Of a stretch of 64,000 bases of DNA, positions 37,956 to 51,770 are shown one piece after another (the stretch's first letter is position 1; each line of letters opens with the position of its first letter). Under the pieces are notes generated by a model. The model was not told the origin of the DNA. It searched no databases and was given only the letters and a program-made list of their open reading frames with translations. Position numbers and translations under genes: made by a program. This DNA is from Podarcis bocagei (lineage: Eukaryota): assembly GCA_964188305.1 (NCBI GenBank), contig OZ076890.1, one strand, 5' to 3'.

Positions 37956-38001
<46 letters not shown>
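37956..38001. repeat. (TA)n microsatellite
   Basis: Read directly. Confidence 0.95.
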
Positions 38002-38004
<3 letters not shown>

Positions 38005-38327
38005 CAATGTTGTTGAAGAAGGCACATTTTCATTGGTTTGCTAAAGTTCTGGGCAGCATTCTAAAGGTTAGCAAGGTCTTCCTGCTTCACAGTTGCGAAT
38101 TATTCATTTTAGCAACTAAAATAAAACTGTGTTCATTCAGTTTAAATTTTGAAGCAAGAATTTTGCCACTGCATGAACATTTGTGGAGGGGACAACCTAG
38201 TGGATACTGTGTGCGACACCTTTTCCATATGGGGAATATAGAGTGCCTGGGACCATCAAATATTCCTTGCATTGTCCTGGTCCTCTCTCTCCTTATGAAG
38301 TATCTGAGCCTTACTATATTATTAGAG

Positions 38328-38813
38328 CAGTGTTTCCCAACCTTTTTTGGGCAAAGGCACACTTGTTTGATGAAAAAAATCTCGAGGCACACCACCATTA
38401 CAGCCCCGTGACGTCAGCGCGCAGCATCACGCCGGGAGGGACGCACAAAAGTGTAAGTTTCAATTTTTTTCCCTCCCCCTTGCCGGAGAACCTCCAAGCT
38501 TTGGGGGTGGGGGGGGAGGAGGCAGCAAAGCGAGGCAGGAAGGAGAGCGCGGCTTGGCTGGGTGAGCTTTGGCAGGGGCAGGGAATGAGAGCCGCGAGGC
38601 GGGCGCTGCGGACGGAGGCGCTGCCCGCCGAGCTCGCAGGCAGCCAGGCAGGCAGACGGCGAGAGCCCCGCGCTGGGCGGCCTCTCCTCGCCGCCGTCGC
38701 CCCGCCTCTCGCCGCCCGACTCGCCCGCCTCCCTCCAGGCAACATCTCGCGGCACACCAGGCAACATCTCGCGGCACACTAGTGTGCCGCGGAACAGTGG
38801 TTGGGAAACACTG
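38328..38813. mobile_element. Young GC-rich hAT MITE
   Basis: Perfect 15-bp TIRs cagtgtttcccaacc and perfect 8-bp TSD tattagag (38320-38327, 38814-38821). Confidence 0.92.
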
Positions 38814-39999
38814 TATTAGAGAATCCTTCTGTGAGTTGGCCCATGTGTGTTTGTTGTTTCCATCAGTGGCTGGCAGACGCATTAAACACTGGGAGGGATC
38901 CCTCTTCTAGCACTTTTAATCATTGTTATGCTGGTTCACCACATTTTTTAAAAGAAGTGTTTTGTTTTCCATTACAACGATAATAAACCGACAGTTTTAA
39001 GAAACACTGGAGTACTAGTATTCTTACCACATTACCCAATTTCCTCTCTGATTTCGCACTTCCGCTGCAAGACGTTAAAACATTGCCAAATCTACAGCTC
39101 TATGTCTCCCCATGCACCAAAAGCAGGATTGATGCTGGAGTACTTTATGTACTTTATGAAAAGCATCCAAGAATCTCTGAATTTGTCCTTCACTCTAGGT
39201 CTTCTGCTAAAACTGTGGTGTTCCATAAGTTTCTCGAGTAACAGGAGCTGCGAGACCTTGGGAAACCAATCCTTATATGTACTGATATTTCTGCCCAAGC
39301 TGCAACCAATACAAACACAAAAAGATCCTTATGTGCTTGTTCCCCTTTGGGGTTTCTGAAAGCAACAGCAGAGCTTGTGTTGTATCCTGAACCTGTCAAG
39401 AGAAGCTAAACACCGACACTCAGAAACTCTGAATCCAGTGAAGGCTGGATGGCACTACAGCAAGACTAAATGGCACGAGAGTTCAAGTATTTAGAAGAGG
39501 GGAAAATATCACCCTGTTCCGGATTTGGGCTTAAAAGACCAAGGGAAAGTGTGGGTGCATGGGGGGTGAAATTGTAAGGAATCATTATTTGTGGGATTTC
39601 ACAACATTATTGCTGATCATAGGCTGTTGTTGCAGCATAGGTGGTCTTCTGGAAACCGGAGAAAGAGCAAGATGGAATCGTCTTACTCCACTGTGGGGAT
39701 TTTTAAACATGGATGTGTTTCTGAAGAAGTGATTCCACTTTGTGCATTCTGATGTGCTGCTGTCATAGAAAGGCCTTTAGTAGCCTTTCCAGGAACAAGA
39801 ATTGTTTAACATTCCTTCAGAAGGTCTACACAAGCCAAGATTTCTTTTACTTGTGCACTGCTCTCTCAGACTCCTACAGCTGAGAATTTATTTGAGGGGA
39901 ATGAAGAGGCAAGATAGTCCCTCCTCCAGGAGAGCCTAAAGTGATCACCTAATTAACATATTAGGTGATTAATTATGTTACTTATATTAACATAATTAA

Positions 40000-40337
40000 G
40001 GGACGCGGGTGGCGCTGTGGGTTAAACCACAGAGCCTAGGGCTTGCTGATCAGAAGGTCGGCGGTTTGAATCCCCGCGACGGGGTGAGCTCCCGTTGCTT
40101 GGTCCCTGCTCCTGCCAACCTAGCAGTTCAAAAGCACATCAAAGTGCAAGTAGAAGGTAAGGTAAACGGCGTTTCTGTGCGCTGCTCTGGTTCGCCAGAA
40201 GCGGCTTAGTCATGCTGGCCACATGACCCAGAATCTGTACGCCAGCTCCCTCGGCCAATAAAAGCGAGATGAGCGCCGCAACCCCAGAGTCGGCCACCAC
40301 TGGACCTAATGGTCAGGGGTCCCTTTACCTTTACCTT
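40000..40337 (+). mobile_element. Sauria/Squam1 SINE (near full length)
   Basis: gggacgcgggtggcgctgtgggttaaaccacagagcctagggcttgc.. tRNA-like A/B boxes; (ttacct)n tail. Confidence 0.92.
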
Positions 40338-42257
40338 TAATTAACATATCCTACAGTCACATGCAGAAACCCCTCCAAAATGTACAACTCTTCATCTGGA
40401 CAGAAAAAATGTAAATGAAGTCTAAAAAAATTGAGTAGGAGGGAATATCCTGAAATGAATACTCCATTTATTACTACAGTTACCAACAGAAATTCTGTGT
40501 GGCATGGACATCTTCAGCAGAACTACAAGCAGAACTCAAATACCACTGAAGTGCTACCAAATGAAGACCGGTGTATCACAGAAACAGGATCTTCCACCCT
40601 GAAGTCCTAAACACCCCAACTTAAACCCACCAGTATGCTCAACATTTACTTCACAATTCAAATCTACTGAGGCCAAACTTCTGTTGAGCTTTTGCAGGGG
40701 GGAGGATGAGCCAAAGTCATTGAGCTTTTTTGGGGGGACCATCAGCCAAAGTTGTTGAGTTTTTTGGGGGGGAGATGGGGGTCTCACGATCGACCAGTAG
40801 ATCACGAGATACTCTGGATAAAAAGCAGTACTGCAGTAGTAGTAGTATCAGTATCAGTAGTAGTAGTTTCAGTTGAAATTGCACATAGTATCTGTTCACA
40901 TAGCTTACTGTGTCAAATAGAGTGCTCTTTTTCTGTTTTCCTTTCATTCCATGAATTCATAAACTTGAAACACAAAATGGAGGAGTTTTTAAAAGTGAAA
41001 GTGTTTTCCAAGTGTGAGGAAACTAAATAGTCATGCTCAAGGTTTTAATCTGCATCATGATTTGTCAGTTAATTGCACAACTTTTTGAGCTTTGAAACTG
41101 ATGGCACTAAACAGAGAATCCCCCCCCCCACACACAAAAAAAACTTTAGGTACTGTATTATCATTGATATTCCAGATCTATGGGCCTCTATATGGAACTC
41201 TTTTCAAGCTAAAATGACAGCTTTCTGAAAGAAATGCTCCAACTATCCCATTTTGACAAGGAACACCAGCTTAATTAAATAGTACTGGTGATTCGGTCAT
41301 GCAGACACACAGACAGCCTAGTTAAGCCAGAGATAGGAATATTAAAGTTCCGTGATTTCCAAGGTAGAGTTAAAAGAACTTTAAAATCTCATTAACTTTG
41401 AGGTATATATAAATGTGGATCATGGAATGCAGTGTCTTGGTAATTTGATTGTTCTGTCAGTGCAAACTTTTGCTTTCCCCCCCCCCCTTTCATTTTGATG
41501 TTTTAGTCTAGTAACCTTAACACCCATTGGGAATGGATCAACCAATTCTCTTTTTCCAGTTTAAGGAGATGAGAAGCTAGGTTGTTCCCCCTGCCACCTG
41601 CTTCTTGGACAAAACCTATTTCCTCTTCAACAGTTGGGCCTAGTGGACATTATCAAGGTTTCCAAAGCACTTCTGAATTTGCTTTATTAATCAGGTTCTT
41701 AACATGATGTGAGATGAGTGGGAGGGATTACAGGGCTGGGCAATTCAGAGTAGGTGACTCAACCTTAGATTGAAAAGGTGGAGACCCATCTCCAAGTGGT
41801 TTGCCAAAATAATATGGCCCTACAGTGTTTCATCAGATCTCTAATAGGATTGTTTTATCTGATTATTTTACCAGAAATCTCAGCTACCATCTAAATTTTA
41901 AAGCTCTCCTAATGCCACCGCTAGCACCAAATAAGTTGTTATGTACTAGATTCTCAAATACTGGCTTTATTTCATTGTGGATGGCACATAAGCAAATATA
42001 TTCCTGCTGTGTGTGAATGCTTGTGTGGTTAATTACAAAAATTTAGTTATGGATATAATCATAAACTGGAATTTTGCTGTTTTTCCCATCCCTATGTAAC
42101 ATGTAGTTATTCCCACTGAGTCATTCAGAGGAATGGAACTGTAGTAGTTGAAGCATGAGCTGGAAGTCCCCAGTTGAAATCACAGCATGTACTCATTCAT
42201 TGGTGCCTAGCCAAAGACCAGTTTCCCAGCCTTAACACTTCATTTTGCCATCAAGGT

Positions 42258-42628
42258 AAACGGGTGGCGCTGTGGTCTAAACCACTGAGCTTCTTGGGCT
42301 TGCCGATCAGAAGGTCGGCAGTTCGAATCTGGGGTGAGCTCCCGCTGCTCTGTCCCAGCTCCTGCCAACCTAGCAGTTTGAAAGCACACCAGCACAAGTA
42401 GATAAATAGGTACCGCTGCAGCAGGAAGGTAAATGGCATTTCCATGTGCTGTGACTTCTGTCGTGTTCTATTGTGCCTGTTTAGTCATGCTAGCCACATG
42501 ACCTGGAAAGCTGTCTGGACAAACGCCGGCTCCCTTAGCCTGAAAGCGAGACGAGTGCTGCAACCCCATAGTCGCCTTTGACTGGACTTAACCATCCAGG
42601 AGTCCTTTACCTTACCTTTACCTTTACC
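42258..42628 (+). mobile_element. Sauria/Squam1 SINE (diverged)
   Basis: Homologous to 40000-40337; (ttacct)n tail. Confidence 0.88.
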
Positions 42629-45019
42629 TCTGCCATCTGTACTATGGACATGGGTTAATGATCCTGGCCACTATAGCAAGGTTGCTGTGAGGAATATTCA
42701 GATAATATATATGAAACATATGTAACTTCTAGAAAAAGTTCTGTATAAATACCAGACATTGTTATCTAAAGGAACTGAGTGATATTATTTCATTGAGCGT
42801 CCTGCAAATATCCAAACAGCATTGCATGTGCTGGTTATGAGGTGGTGGTGGGGGGTCTCTTTGGCCAGGGTTGTTACTGTTGTTTTTTAATCAAAGCCTT
42901 CTTCAGGCAGCCAAATAGCGTGTCATCATGTGAGAGGAGCCACAGGGACAAGCACAGTAGTATAGCTATTCCACTCACCCCCAGATTCTGATTTTAAAAC
43001 CCTGATGTGGTTCTCATGTGCAGGGAGCCTCTGTTGAGTACAGGAGCCCCCCCCCCACTTCAGTAGGTCCCCCGCCATGAATTGGGTGGCTTAAATGGTG
43101 ATGAAGAGGGAGCACACTCATCTACCCACACACCCCTCTTAAGGCATTAACAGAATGCCTAGTGAGACCTTAGCTGATTATCAGTCCAGCTCTGTATGCT
43201 GGTTTGCCAAAGAGGAATTAATTAAAGCCACACATTAAGCCAAAGTGCTGTAGTGGATAGAGCAGTGGGGCTTTGCCCAGGGAGAACTGCTGGCTTTAAA
43301 TCCATCCTTAGCAAGGAAGTTCCCAGATGACAACAGACCAGTCCCTGTCTCTCAGGCCCAACCTGCCAAATAGGGCAGAGGTATGATGTTTATGTCACAC
43401 AAAACTTCTTCAAGAAAGGAAAACAATATAAACAGATTTTTGTTCACATCAGTCCCCGGAGCTTTTTGCACATTTCACTAGCTATAAATGTGGCTGGCAA
43501 AAAACATACAGCAGTCGCTAATCATTCTTGTTTAAAAAGGAATAACTATGACCAACTGAGACCTAAAAAACAAAGGCTGTCATATTGTGCAAAGTTATGT
43601 GCCTGTGGGTCCTATGAAAGTGTGGTAACTATGCTGCTCATATCACAAATGCAGCCCATTAGCATGAATGGGGAGAGTATTGTTGCTTTCATGCCCTGCT
43701 TTATCAGGAACCCATAAACATCTGGTTAGCCACTCTGAAAACAGGATGCTGGAGTAGATGAGGATTTGGTGTGAACCAGCAGGGCTCTTCTTAATGGAAG
43801 AGTAATTTAAGGTTTTATCCCGTGGTGGCTTTGGAAGCAGAAAGTACTTGCGCTTTTGCAAGGTGGAGCATCCAATTTTTACCAATCCTAGCCCCTGCTA
43901 CAGGCTTCTGCGCATACTGTTTTGGAGGGTCTCCCAACCATCAGGGGGTTGCAATGGATGAAAGCCCAGCCCTGTATGCATACAAAGCACAAAACCACCT
44001 TATACAAGCAGATATCCACAAAAACTGGTAAAGAAAAGAAATCATCTGCACAAGAGAAAGTGAAACTTAAAACCACTATAGCTGTGCCTCTCAAGTTAAC
44101 CATTCATTTCTTGTATTACAAAATAACTTTTAAAAGTGCCAATTAAACATTTTTTGACCATCAACATTTTATAGATTCTCTAAGGCCAGGAGAAAATTCC
44201 CAGAGCGGAAAAACCTGGCATTAATAGATCACCGTACATAACGCAGCAAGGAATCAAAGGTGACAGTTGTTTGTGGAAATGATTAATGATTAATCAAGGC
44301 CATAACTTAAAAGGACATTTGCCTGCAATTTTTAAGTCTTACTGAAATGGGAGCATCACAAAAATGACCATGCTTGCAATACACATTTGTCCAATAAAAA
44401 ATGGTACCTTTTCAATTTCATGAGCAGAACAGCATAGGAGGTTCCCATGCTCACCACTGTACACTTTAGTGCTTGACCAGGTGTGTGGGAGAGCACAGAA
44501 GAGAAAGAGACCTTGAGACAGTTGTGCAGGTGATGCTGTTCATGCTAAACCATTGTTTGATATGTAAATGGGGAAGGGACCAGTAACTGTGAAACAGCAA
44601 TGCTGTGTGGACCCTAGGGTTTAGGTTCTTAGAAAAGTGTCCACGCAGAAGCATCTGAGCAGCCTGATCGGATTTGTTTTTATTTAATAAAACAATTGTG
44701 TGTGGTTACATCCAGACAGGATGTAACTAGAACGTGTCATCACAGCCAAATCTGCAGTTTTCAGGAATGGGTGTAACTGGCACATAAGTCTAATTTGGGC
44801 AAAGATGCATTGGATAACAGCCATTAGCTGAACAGCCAACGATAATGTTCAGTCCAGAAAACTACAAACTTGTGTTTCTATGGGGACTGTTTATAGCTCA
44901 GGTGTCAACAGGATTTTCTCTCTGTGCCTGCTGCAGAAGGAATGTCGAGAGCAGAAATGCCCCTTCATAGACCTTGAACTCGTCAGCAGAAATAGACTCT
45001 TCACACTGCTCAACAAGAT

Positions 45020-45220
45020 AGGATGCTCAGCTTGCGTGCTGAGCATACTGCTTTATGGAAGTGAGACAGAGGCAACTTACACCTGCCAGGAACAACACCT
45101 CAATGCCTTCCATATGTCCTGCATCAAGACACTCTCAAAGATGTGATCGTCCAAGCCCACATTCCCAGCATGTCTCCAGCGATTATTACGCTGACTTGGT
45201 CATGTACATAGAATGGATGG
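45020..45220 (+). mobile_element. Old RTE-clade LINE fragment
   Basis: ACVLSILLYGSETEATYTCQEQHLNAFHMSCI matches the RTE post-RT motif LLYGSE.W. Confidence 0.65.
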
Positions 45221-45530
45221 TGATGAAGAAGAAGATGCTGATATGGCCGGATCCCCAAGAATGTGGGTGGAGAGGCAAAGTTCAACTACTTCTCTCTTTG
45301 TCGGGTTCCCAGCAAAATCACCCCTTTGAAGTTATTATTTTCATTTCAAGGGACGCTCCCATTGGTGCCAATGGAGGCTTCATTTGAAATGCAGATAGCC
45401 TTGGAGAGGGGGGTTTTCCTCAAGAACCTGGCAGAGAGAAAAATAGAGGAACAACTGCCTCTCCTCACCACTCACTATGGAGATGGTTCAGATTGTTGCT
45501 CATACGACTCCCAAAAATATATGTACATTA

Positions 45531-46012
45531 ACAAAGATCCATATAGTTAAAGCTATGGTTTTCCCAGTAGTAATGTATGGAAGTGAGAGCGGGACCATAA
45601 AGAAGGCTGATCGCCGAAGAATTGATGCTTTTGAATTATGGTGCTGGAGGAGACTCTTGAGAGTCCCATGGACTGCAAGAAGATCAAACCTCTCCATTCT
45701 TAAGGAAATCAGCCCTGAGTGCTCACTGGAAGGACAGATCGTGAAGCTGAGGCTCCAATACTTTGGCCACCTCATGAGAAGAGAAGACTCCCTGGAAAAG
45801 ACCCAGACTCCCTGGAAAAGATGTTGAGAAAGATGGAGGGCACAAGGAGAAGGGGACGACAGAGGACGAGATGGCTGGACAGTGTTCTCGAAGCTACCAG
45901 CATGAGTTTGACCAAACTGCGGGAGGCAGTGGAAGACAGGAGTGCCTGGCGTGCTCTGGTCCATGGGGTCACGAAGAGTCAGACACGACTAAACGACTAA
46001 ACAACAACAACA
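45531..46012 (+). mobile_element. BovB (RTE) LINE 3' fragment
   Basis: TKIHIVKAMVFPVVMYGSE..RIDAFELWCWRRLLRVPWTARRSN..LQYFGHLMRR..WRALVHGVTKSQTRL; (caa)n tail. Confidence 0.93.
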
Positions 46013-46177
46013 AACTGCATCTAAAGGACTAACATCACATCTAGCTGCAATACAAGTAGCTGCATAGGATTGCAACTTTGGTGTCAAAGAGGCACAGCAG
46101 AAGGATAAAAGTTAACTTTACTCAGTCTGCCCCTTTGAACAGCATGTGCTGCATTTCCTCTCCTCAATGAAGGTTGT

Positions 46178-46520
46178 CATAGAATCAAAGAACTGTTGAT
46201 TTGGAAGAGACCCCAAGGGCCATCTAGTCCAACCCTCTGCAATGCAATAATTTCAACTGAAGCATCCATGACAGGTGGTCATCCAACCTCTACTTTAAAA
46301 ATTCCAATGAAGAAGAATCCATCGCCTTCTAAAGAAGTCTGTTCCACTGTTGAAAAGCTCTTAGTGTCAGAAAGTTCTTCCAGATGTTTAGTCAGAATGC
46401 CCCTTGGTTTCTTTGGCTTGGTTGGAAGCCATTGGTTCGAGTCCTAGCCTTTGAAGCAGGAGAAAACAAACTTGCTCCATCTTCCATGTGACAGCCCTTT
46501 AGATATTTGAAGATGACTAT
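46178..46520 (-). mobile_element. CR1 LINE 3' fragment
   Basis: catagaatc..ccatctagtccaacc end; minus strand encodes VIFKYLKGCHMEDGASLFS..RTRTNG. Confidence 0.85.
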
Positions 46521-46999
46521 CACTGAACTAACAGAAAAACAGCTAAATAAATTAACTGATAAGACTCTTTTATTGACACCATACAGGAAGCTAGTTGCAA
46601 GAACATTCACAAAGTAGACAGTTTATAATTAGCAAACATTGCATTATCTACACAAATATTTGCTGTACCAAAGTGATTGCCACTGATGTCAATCCGCTCT
46701 CCCCTGCTCCACGAACAGGAATAAAGTAACACTGTAGAAGTCCAGGTTAATTTACACAAAAGCAGCTGCCCTATCCTTATCACTAGAGAATGGCCTCAGT
46801 GCCGACTAATAATAAAAGTGATGTTGTTGATTTTGTTGTTTCCGTTCTTTGCCTTTCCTCCTTTGAGAACTTAAGGCAGCTAACATGAAAAATTCACACA
46901 CACAAATGAAACCACAGCACAAAACACCATACAGTATAAGGTAAAATATAAGAGCCAACTTTAAATTATGCATGTTGACTCTCCCTTTATGATCAAAAG

Positions 47000-47920
47000 G
47001 CTTGCTGGAACAAATGAATCTTAAGGTGTTGCATGAGTGAAAATAATGTGGAGGAACGTCTCCGTGATCTCAACAGGGAGGGATTTCCAAAGTCAGGGTG
47101 CCACCATTATGAAGGCCTTGCCTTGTATAGCAGCTCCCATGCTGTGCTGACCGGGTGTCAACTACACTTCTTAAAATCCAAGTTGATTGGTACTGGGGAA
47201 GGCACTCCTTCAGGTAATTGGGTCCTCCTGAGCCATTTGCAGCCTTGTAGATCAGTACCAGCATCTTGAATTGGGCCTGGTAGCTTGCTGGCAGCCAGTG
47301 CATTGCTTTCAGGACTGGTGTTCTGGGGTTCCATTTAGATGACCTGTTCAGAAATTGGGCAGAAGCATTCTGTACTGCTGCCGCTTCCAGACAGTATTCA
47401 AAGAAAGTTCCCCATGGAGTGAATTGCAATAATCCAATCAGGAAGTTATCAGAGCATACACTACTGCAACCAAGTTATCCCAGTCCAAGACTGGTTTTAG
47501 CAGATGAACCAGCAGCAGCTGGATATAGACTTCTTGCCACTGAGGCCACATTCACTTCCTGTGGCAATTTGAAATCTAGGAGTACTCCTAGACTATGCAC
47601 CTGTTCTCCAAGGGAAACTGCCTCCCTGTTATTAATATGTCATATATCTAATTCTAAGACCTGGGAATCACTAACCCACAAAGCTGCTACCTTTATTAGG
47701 ATTCAGCTTCTGTTTAATTACCTTGATCCTGCCAATCACTGCCTCCAGACAGCAGCTGAGCACTTGCACAGGCTCTCCTGAATCGGACAGTGTGGAGCAA
47801 GAGAGCTGAGCATAATACACATACTGGTAATGCCACACTTCGAATTACCAGATGACACCTCCCAGTGGTTTCGTGTAGATATCAAATAACATGGGAGACA
47901 GGATAGAACCTTCTATAACT
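47000..47920 (-). mobile_element. Old L2 LINE fragment
   Basis: VQNASA..TPVLKAMHWLPASYQAQFKMLVLIYKA..YLKECL. Confidence 0.75.
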
Positions 47921-48842
47921 GTTATAGGGCCTAGTGCTCTTTTCATCTCTCTTCCAAAAAAGTGAGGATAGGTTTTTTATTGGAATTAGCATCCATTGGC
48001 TAGTGAGATTGCCAGTATGAAGTACAAAAAGTCCTTTTTTGCACATCAAATACTATTTTTTGTTCTGTCACAAGTTCTCATGGAGCTACAAAACACAATG
48101 CAAGAAGAGAATAGATGGGACCCAGGGGCAACACGGGCAACAATATGGGGGCAATTTGCCCTATCAGGGAGAACAGGCTATTTAAGCCCACTCCACACCA
48201 CACTCTCCCCTCTTCTCATTGAGGTTAATATTGGCCAATGGAACCACAATGTACATGTCAGGTTCATATACCCAAACAGCACACATTGAAGAGGAAGGAG
48301 TTTCTTCAAGCCTTGCTGCATAATCTCATGTGTGGTTGGCAGTTGGCTTAGGTGAGGGGATAGTTGAAATCATCCCATCAATCCACCTAACCACCCAGAC
48401 CTCATCAGTTTTGGTTAATTTGGTTTAATTGTCCTGATTGGGAGATTCTTTCGTTGTTGTATTTTAATAAATATAATCTGTTACTCATCTTTATTGTCTC
48501 AAGTCTTCTCGGGTGTGCTGGCGATAAAACTATTCGGCTTTAAAGTGTCCCGAGATGCTTTTTGGGATTTTTGTCGTCATCAATACTACTACTCTGTGGA
48601 AGTTTGAAATATGAATATGATGGTGATCCTTTTTCTGTACAACTTGATTTTACAAGGATGGTGCCATATATCAAACTGCAGTTTTGTAGGTAGCATTTCT
48701 AGAGGAGAGTTTAAGGATGTTTTCTAAGGGAAGAGCACAGCAACAGTTGCAAGCAAGAGGCCCCAAGGAGACCTAGCATATCTCCTCAGTTCATCCCTAC
48801 TGTAGGAGCAAGTAAGTAACCCCACATCAAATCCATTGCTAA

Positions 48843-48884
48843 AGAAGAAGAAGAAGAAGAAGAAGAAGAAGAAGAAGAAGAAGA
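48843..48884. repeat. (GAA)n microsatellite
   Basis: Read directly. Confidence 0.95.
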
Positions 48885-51244
48885 TCAGCTTTTAAAATGA
48901 ATTCCAATTCAGTTTGAGGGAAGCCACCAGTTGCCCTAGCAAACACTGTAATACATGTTAATGGTCACATCTGCCTCAAGCCACCTGTCTAGGGCAGCCA
49001 AAACTGTTGCAACAACCGGAACAGATTCATGCCAACAGCAGGCTTCCTTCTAGGAAGGAGAATCGAATCAGTAAATGATAAGCAACAAATCAACACCCAC
49101 ATGATTCATAGCATGTCTGGGAAAAGAATAGAGAGGCTTTGAGGGCATTCACCTATGTGTAATGTGCTTCCAATGATAAACTAACATTACCGGGTCTACA
49201 TGGCATCTACCCAAGTGTTCTAATGTGAAATGACTGATATGGAACTTATCCCTACAGTTGTCCTCCATGCCTAAGAATTAGAAAGGGGCTAATGTAAAAC
49301 CAATTTTTAAAAAAAGGAACCCAGGAAATTATAAGCCACAAACCTAAATGGTTTTTAAACAGTTTAGAGATTAATGGAGTATAAGTCTGTCTATGGCTAC
49401 TAGCCATGATGGCTGTGAATTACCTCCAGTACTGAGGGAGTTTGTCTCCAAATACCGGTGCAAGAGGGGTGAGTGCTGCTGGACTTAAATACGGCTTGTG
49501 GGCTTCCCAAAGACATCTGGCTGGCTACTGTGAGAACAGAATGGTGGAACAGATGGCTTTAGCCTAATCCATCAGGCTCTTCTTATGGTATTCAGAGGCA
49601 TATGGCATTAGGCCATCATAAAGCTGGCTGTGATTTTGCACAAGTGTCACCGGGGGGGGGGGGGGCAGTGATTGTGAAGGAACTGTTCTGTCATGATAGC
49701 AGTGTTTCATTGCAACCATGTCTTGGCTCTGGGGCTTTTTCCAGTGCCACTTTCTATCCTGCATGATGTGAAATAGCACCAACACAGAAGACCTTTAGGC
49801 AGGGACATGATGAATTTCCCTCACCATTAAATAACCATGGTGAGTCTCTAATGTCTAGGCTTGATGACATAGCTTCAACTTTGAGTTCTGGTATCTAACC
49901 TGCATGGAAGAAGACATCCTCTGGGGCATAAAGGGACTGTGGAATATAGGCAAAAAAATGACCTACTGTGCTGTTCTAGACAAAATGGCGGACCCATCTT
50001 TGTGCCATCTACCAGCCTTCTGAGTTGACCTCAAGGCGTGTCACACAAATATATTGAATTGGTGTAAGATTGGAAGTTTGTACAGAATAGAGTTAATGGA
50101 GCAGAAGATACTGCTGGCTACTCCCTTAAAAGTTCTGGGAAACTTGTCAGGCACATTTTTTTGTTCAGGAAATTACAGGCAATGTCTGTCTCTATGGGAG
50201 CTGACTGTTGACTGATAAATGGCCCAGGAAGGCTAAGAGAAGATTGAAGAAGATGACTTATCCTTGTTCCCTTTAATCAGGGCAAGGAGGAAAGCTGGCC
50301 AATTTTCTGCAGATTCCAAGTGTGACACAGACTAAGAGAAAAAGCAGATATTTTTTTTCTGGCTCTTTAAGCCAGCAGCATTTTGGGATACTGGCTACCT
50401 TCCACCAGAGATCTGATATGAGGCAGTGGATTTGGCTGTTTGTTGGAATATTTAATCTACTCAATATGTATATTTGAAAATAAACTCAAATATTATACAA
50501 CACTGTAAGCCTCCAGTCATCTCCTCCCCCTAAAAAACAATCCTGGGTGAGTACTGCACCCCAGAAATTTGTTGTTGAGAGTGAGCATAACAATATGCAC
50601 TAAGGACTAAGTCTCCCAGGACTCAGTGGGACTTGCTTCTGAATAAACATAGGCTTGCACTGGCAGACATTTACAGAAAGCCCCCTTGGCCCTCCAAACT
50701 AAAATGGCTACTCATCAGGAAGAGCAGGCCAATTCTGTCTCCATGTCTATTCTGGCAGCACTGTTACAGGACCTAATATCACTCACAACATCAGGGGTTC
50801 ATGCAACTGTAGAAATGGACTGTAGTCCACAAAAACGTATGCCATACAACATTAGTCATCAGTCTTCTAGGTGCCACAAGTGTCTCTGTTGTTTATGTTG
50901 ATAAAACTGCATTTATAATGGAGATTTTGTGATGTATTGAACTATTGTATATTTGCTTGGAAAACTTTTTATGATACCCGAGGCTTATCGTTTAAGAAAT
51001 TAAAATAATTTCCCAGTTAAAAAGCTAGTTTCTCCATGGCAACATCAACACTTCCCTAAACAATGCAATGACTGGATCTTTGTTTCTCTTTTTCGTTTTG
51101 GGAAACCAGGAAGTTTCATTGTCAATTACAGCATTTTGATGCAAACAGTACAATGCCATAGCAGAACAGCTGATTTATTTCATCTTTACAGAGCTTTGTA
51201 CAGCACATCATACTGCGTATGGCATTTCATCTCAATCAGAGCAT

Positions 51245-51770
51245 TATTGGTATCCATCTGTCTCAAGAGACAATGGAGTGTGCCTCCCAGGGTGAGGTCA
51301 AACAGCTGCGTTAGCAACACCAAAGTGACCTTCCGGGGGTGCAAGCCTGGGTGGTGTCTATGGAGGTCCTGGGCTGCCCAGACAACAAGTCTCTACAACT
51401 CCCTGATGTGGTCCAAAGGAAAGCAGAGCAATATGTTGGGCACCAGCTTGGCTGCAGGAATTGCCAGAAGGAGGCAAACAAGTCACCATCTAACCGTCCA
51501 GATTTGTGTAGGATTTACTCCTTAGCCTTTTCTTCTCCTGAAGATAGCCCACAAGGCAGCAGAGGTTTAGGATCAGAGTTTTCCTTCTCTTAGATGGGCT
51601 ACTTTCCCAAGTTAGAGAACCCTATCTACCCTCACTTTCCCTCTATAGCACATGCAGAAACCGCCTTCTTGACCATTGGACCCACAATTGGTCTCGTCTG
51701 CTCAATCTGCTGGAGCCCGTCTTTGCATGCAGAGGAAGACCCTAACTTACCAAGTGTTTGAGACACATCA
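51245..51770 (-). mobile_element. Probable RTE-related retroelement 5' region
   Basis: Resembles a common squamate interspersed repeat (atctgtctcaagagacaatggagtg..ttttccttctcttagatgggctac). Family assigned from memory. Confidence 0.4.

Noticed and set aside
38007-38910. Multiple 100-180 aa ORFs
   Set aside because: They lie in the GC-rich hAT MITE and show no transposase motifs.
48440-48640. AT-rich block with unexpected CpGs (possible foreign insert)
   Set aside because: No ORF, TIR or TSD could be identified; insufficient evidence.
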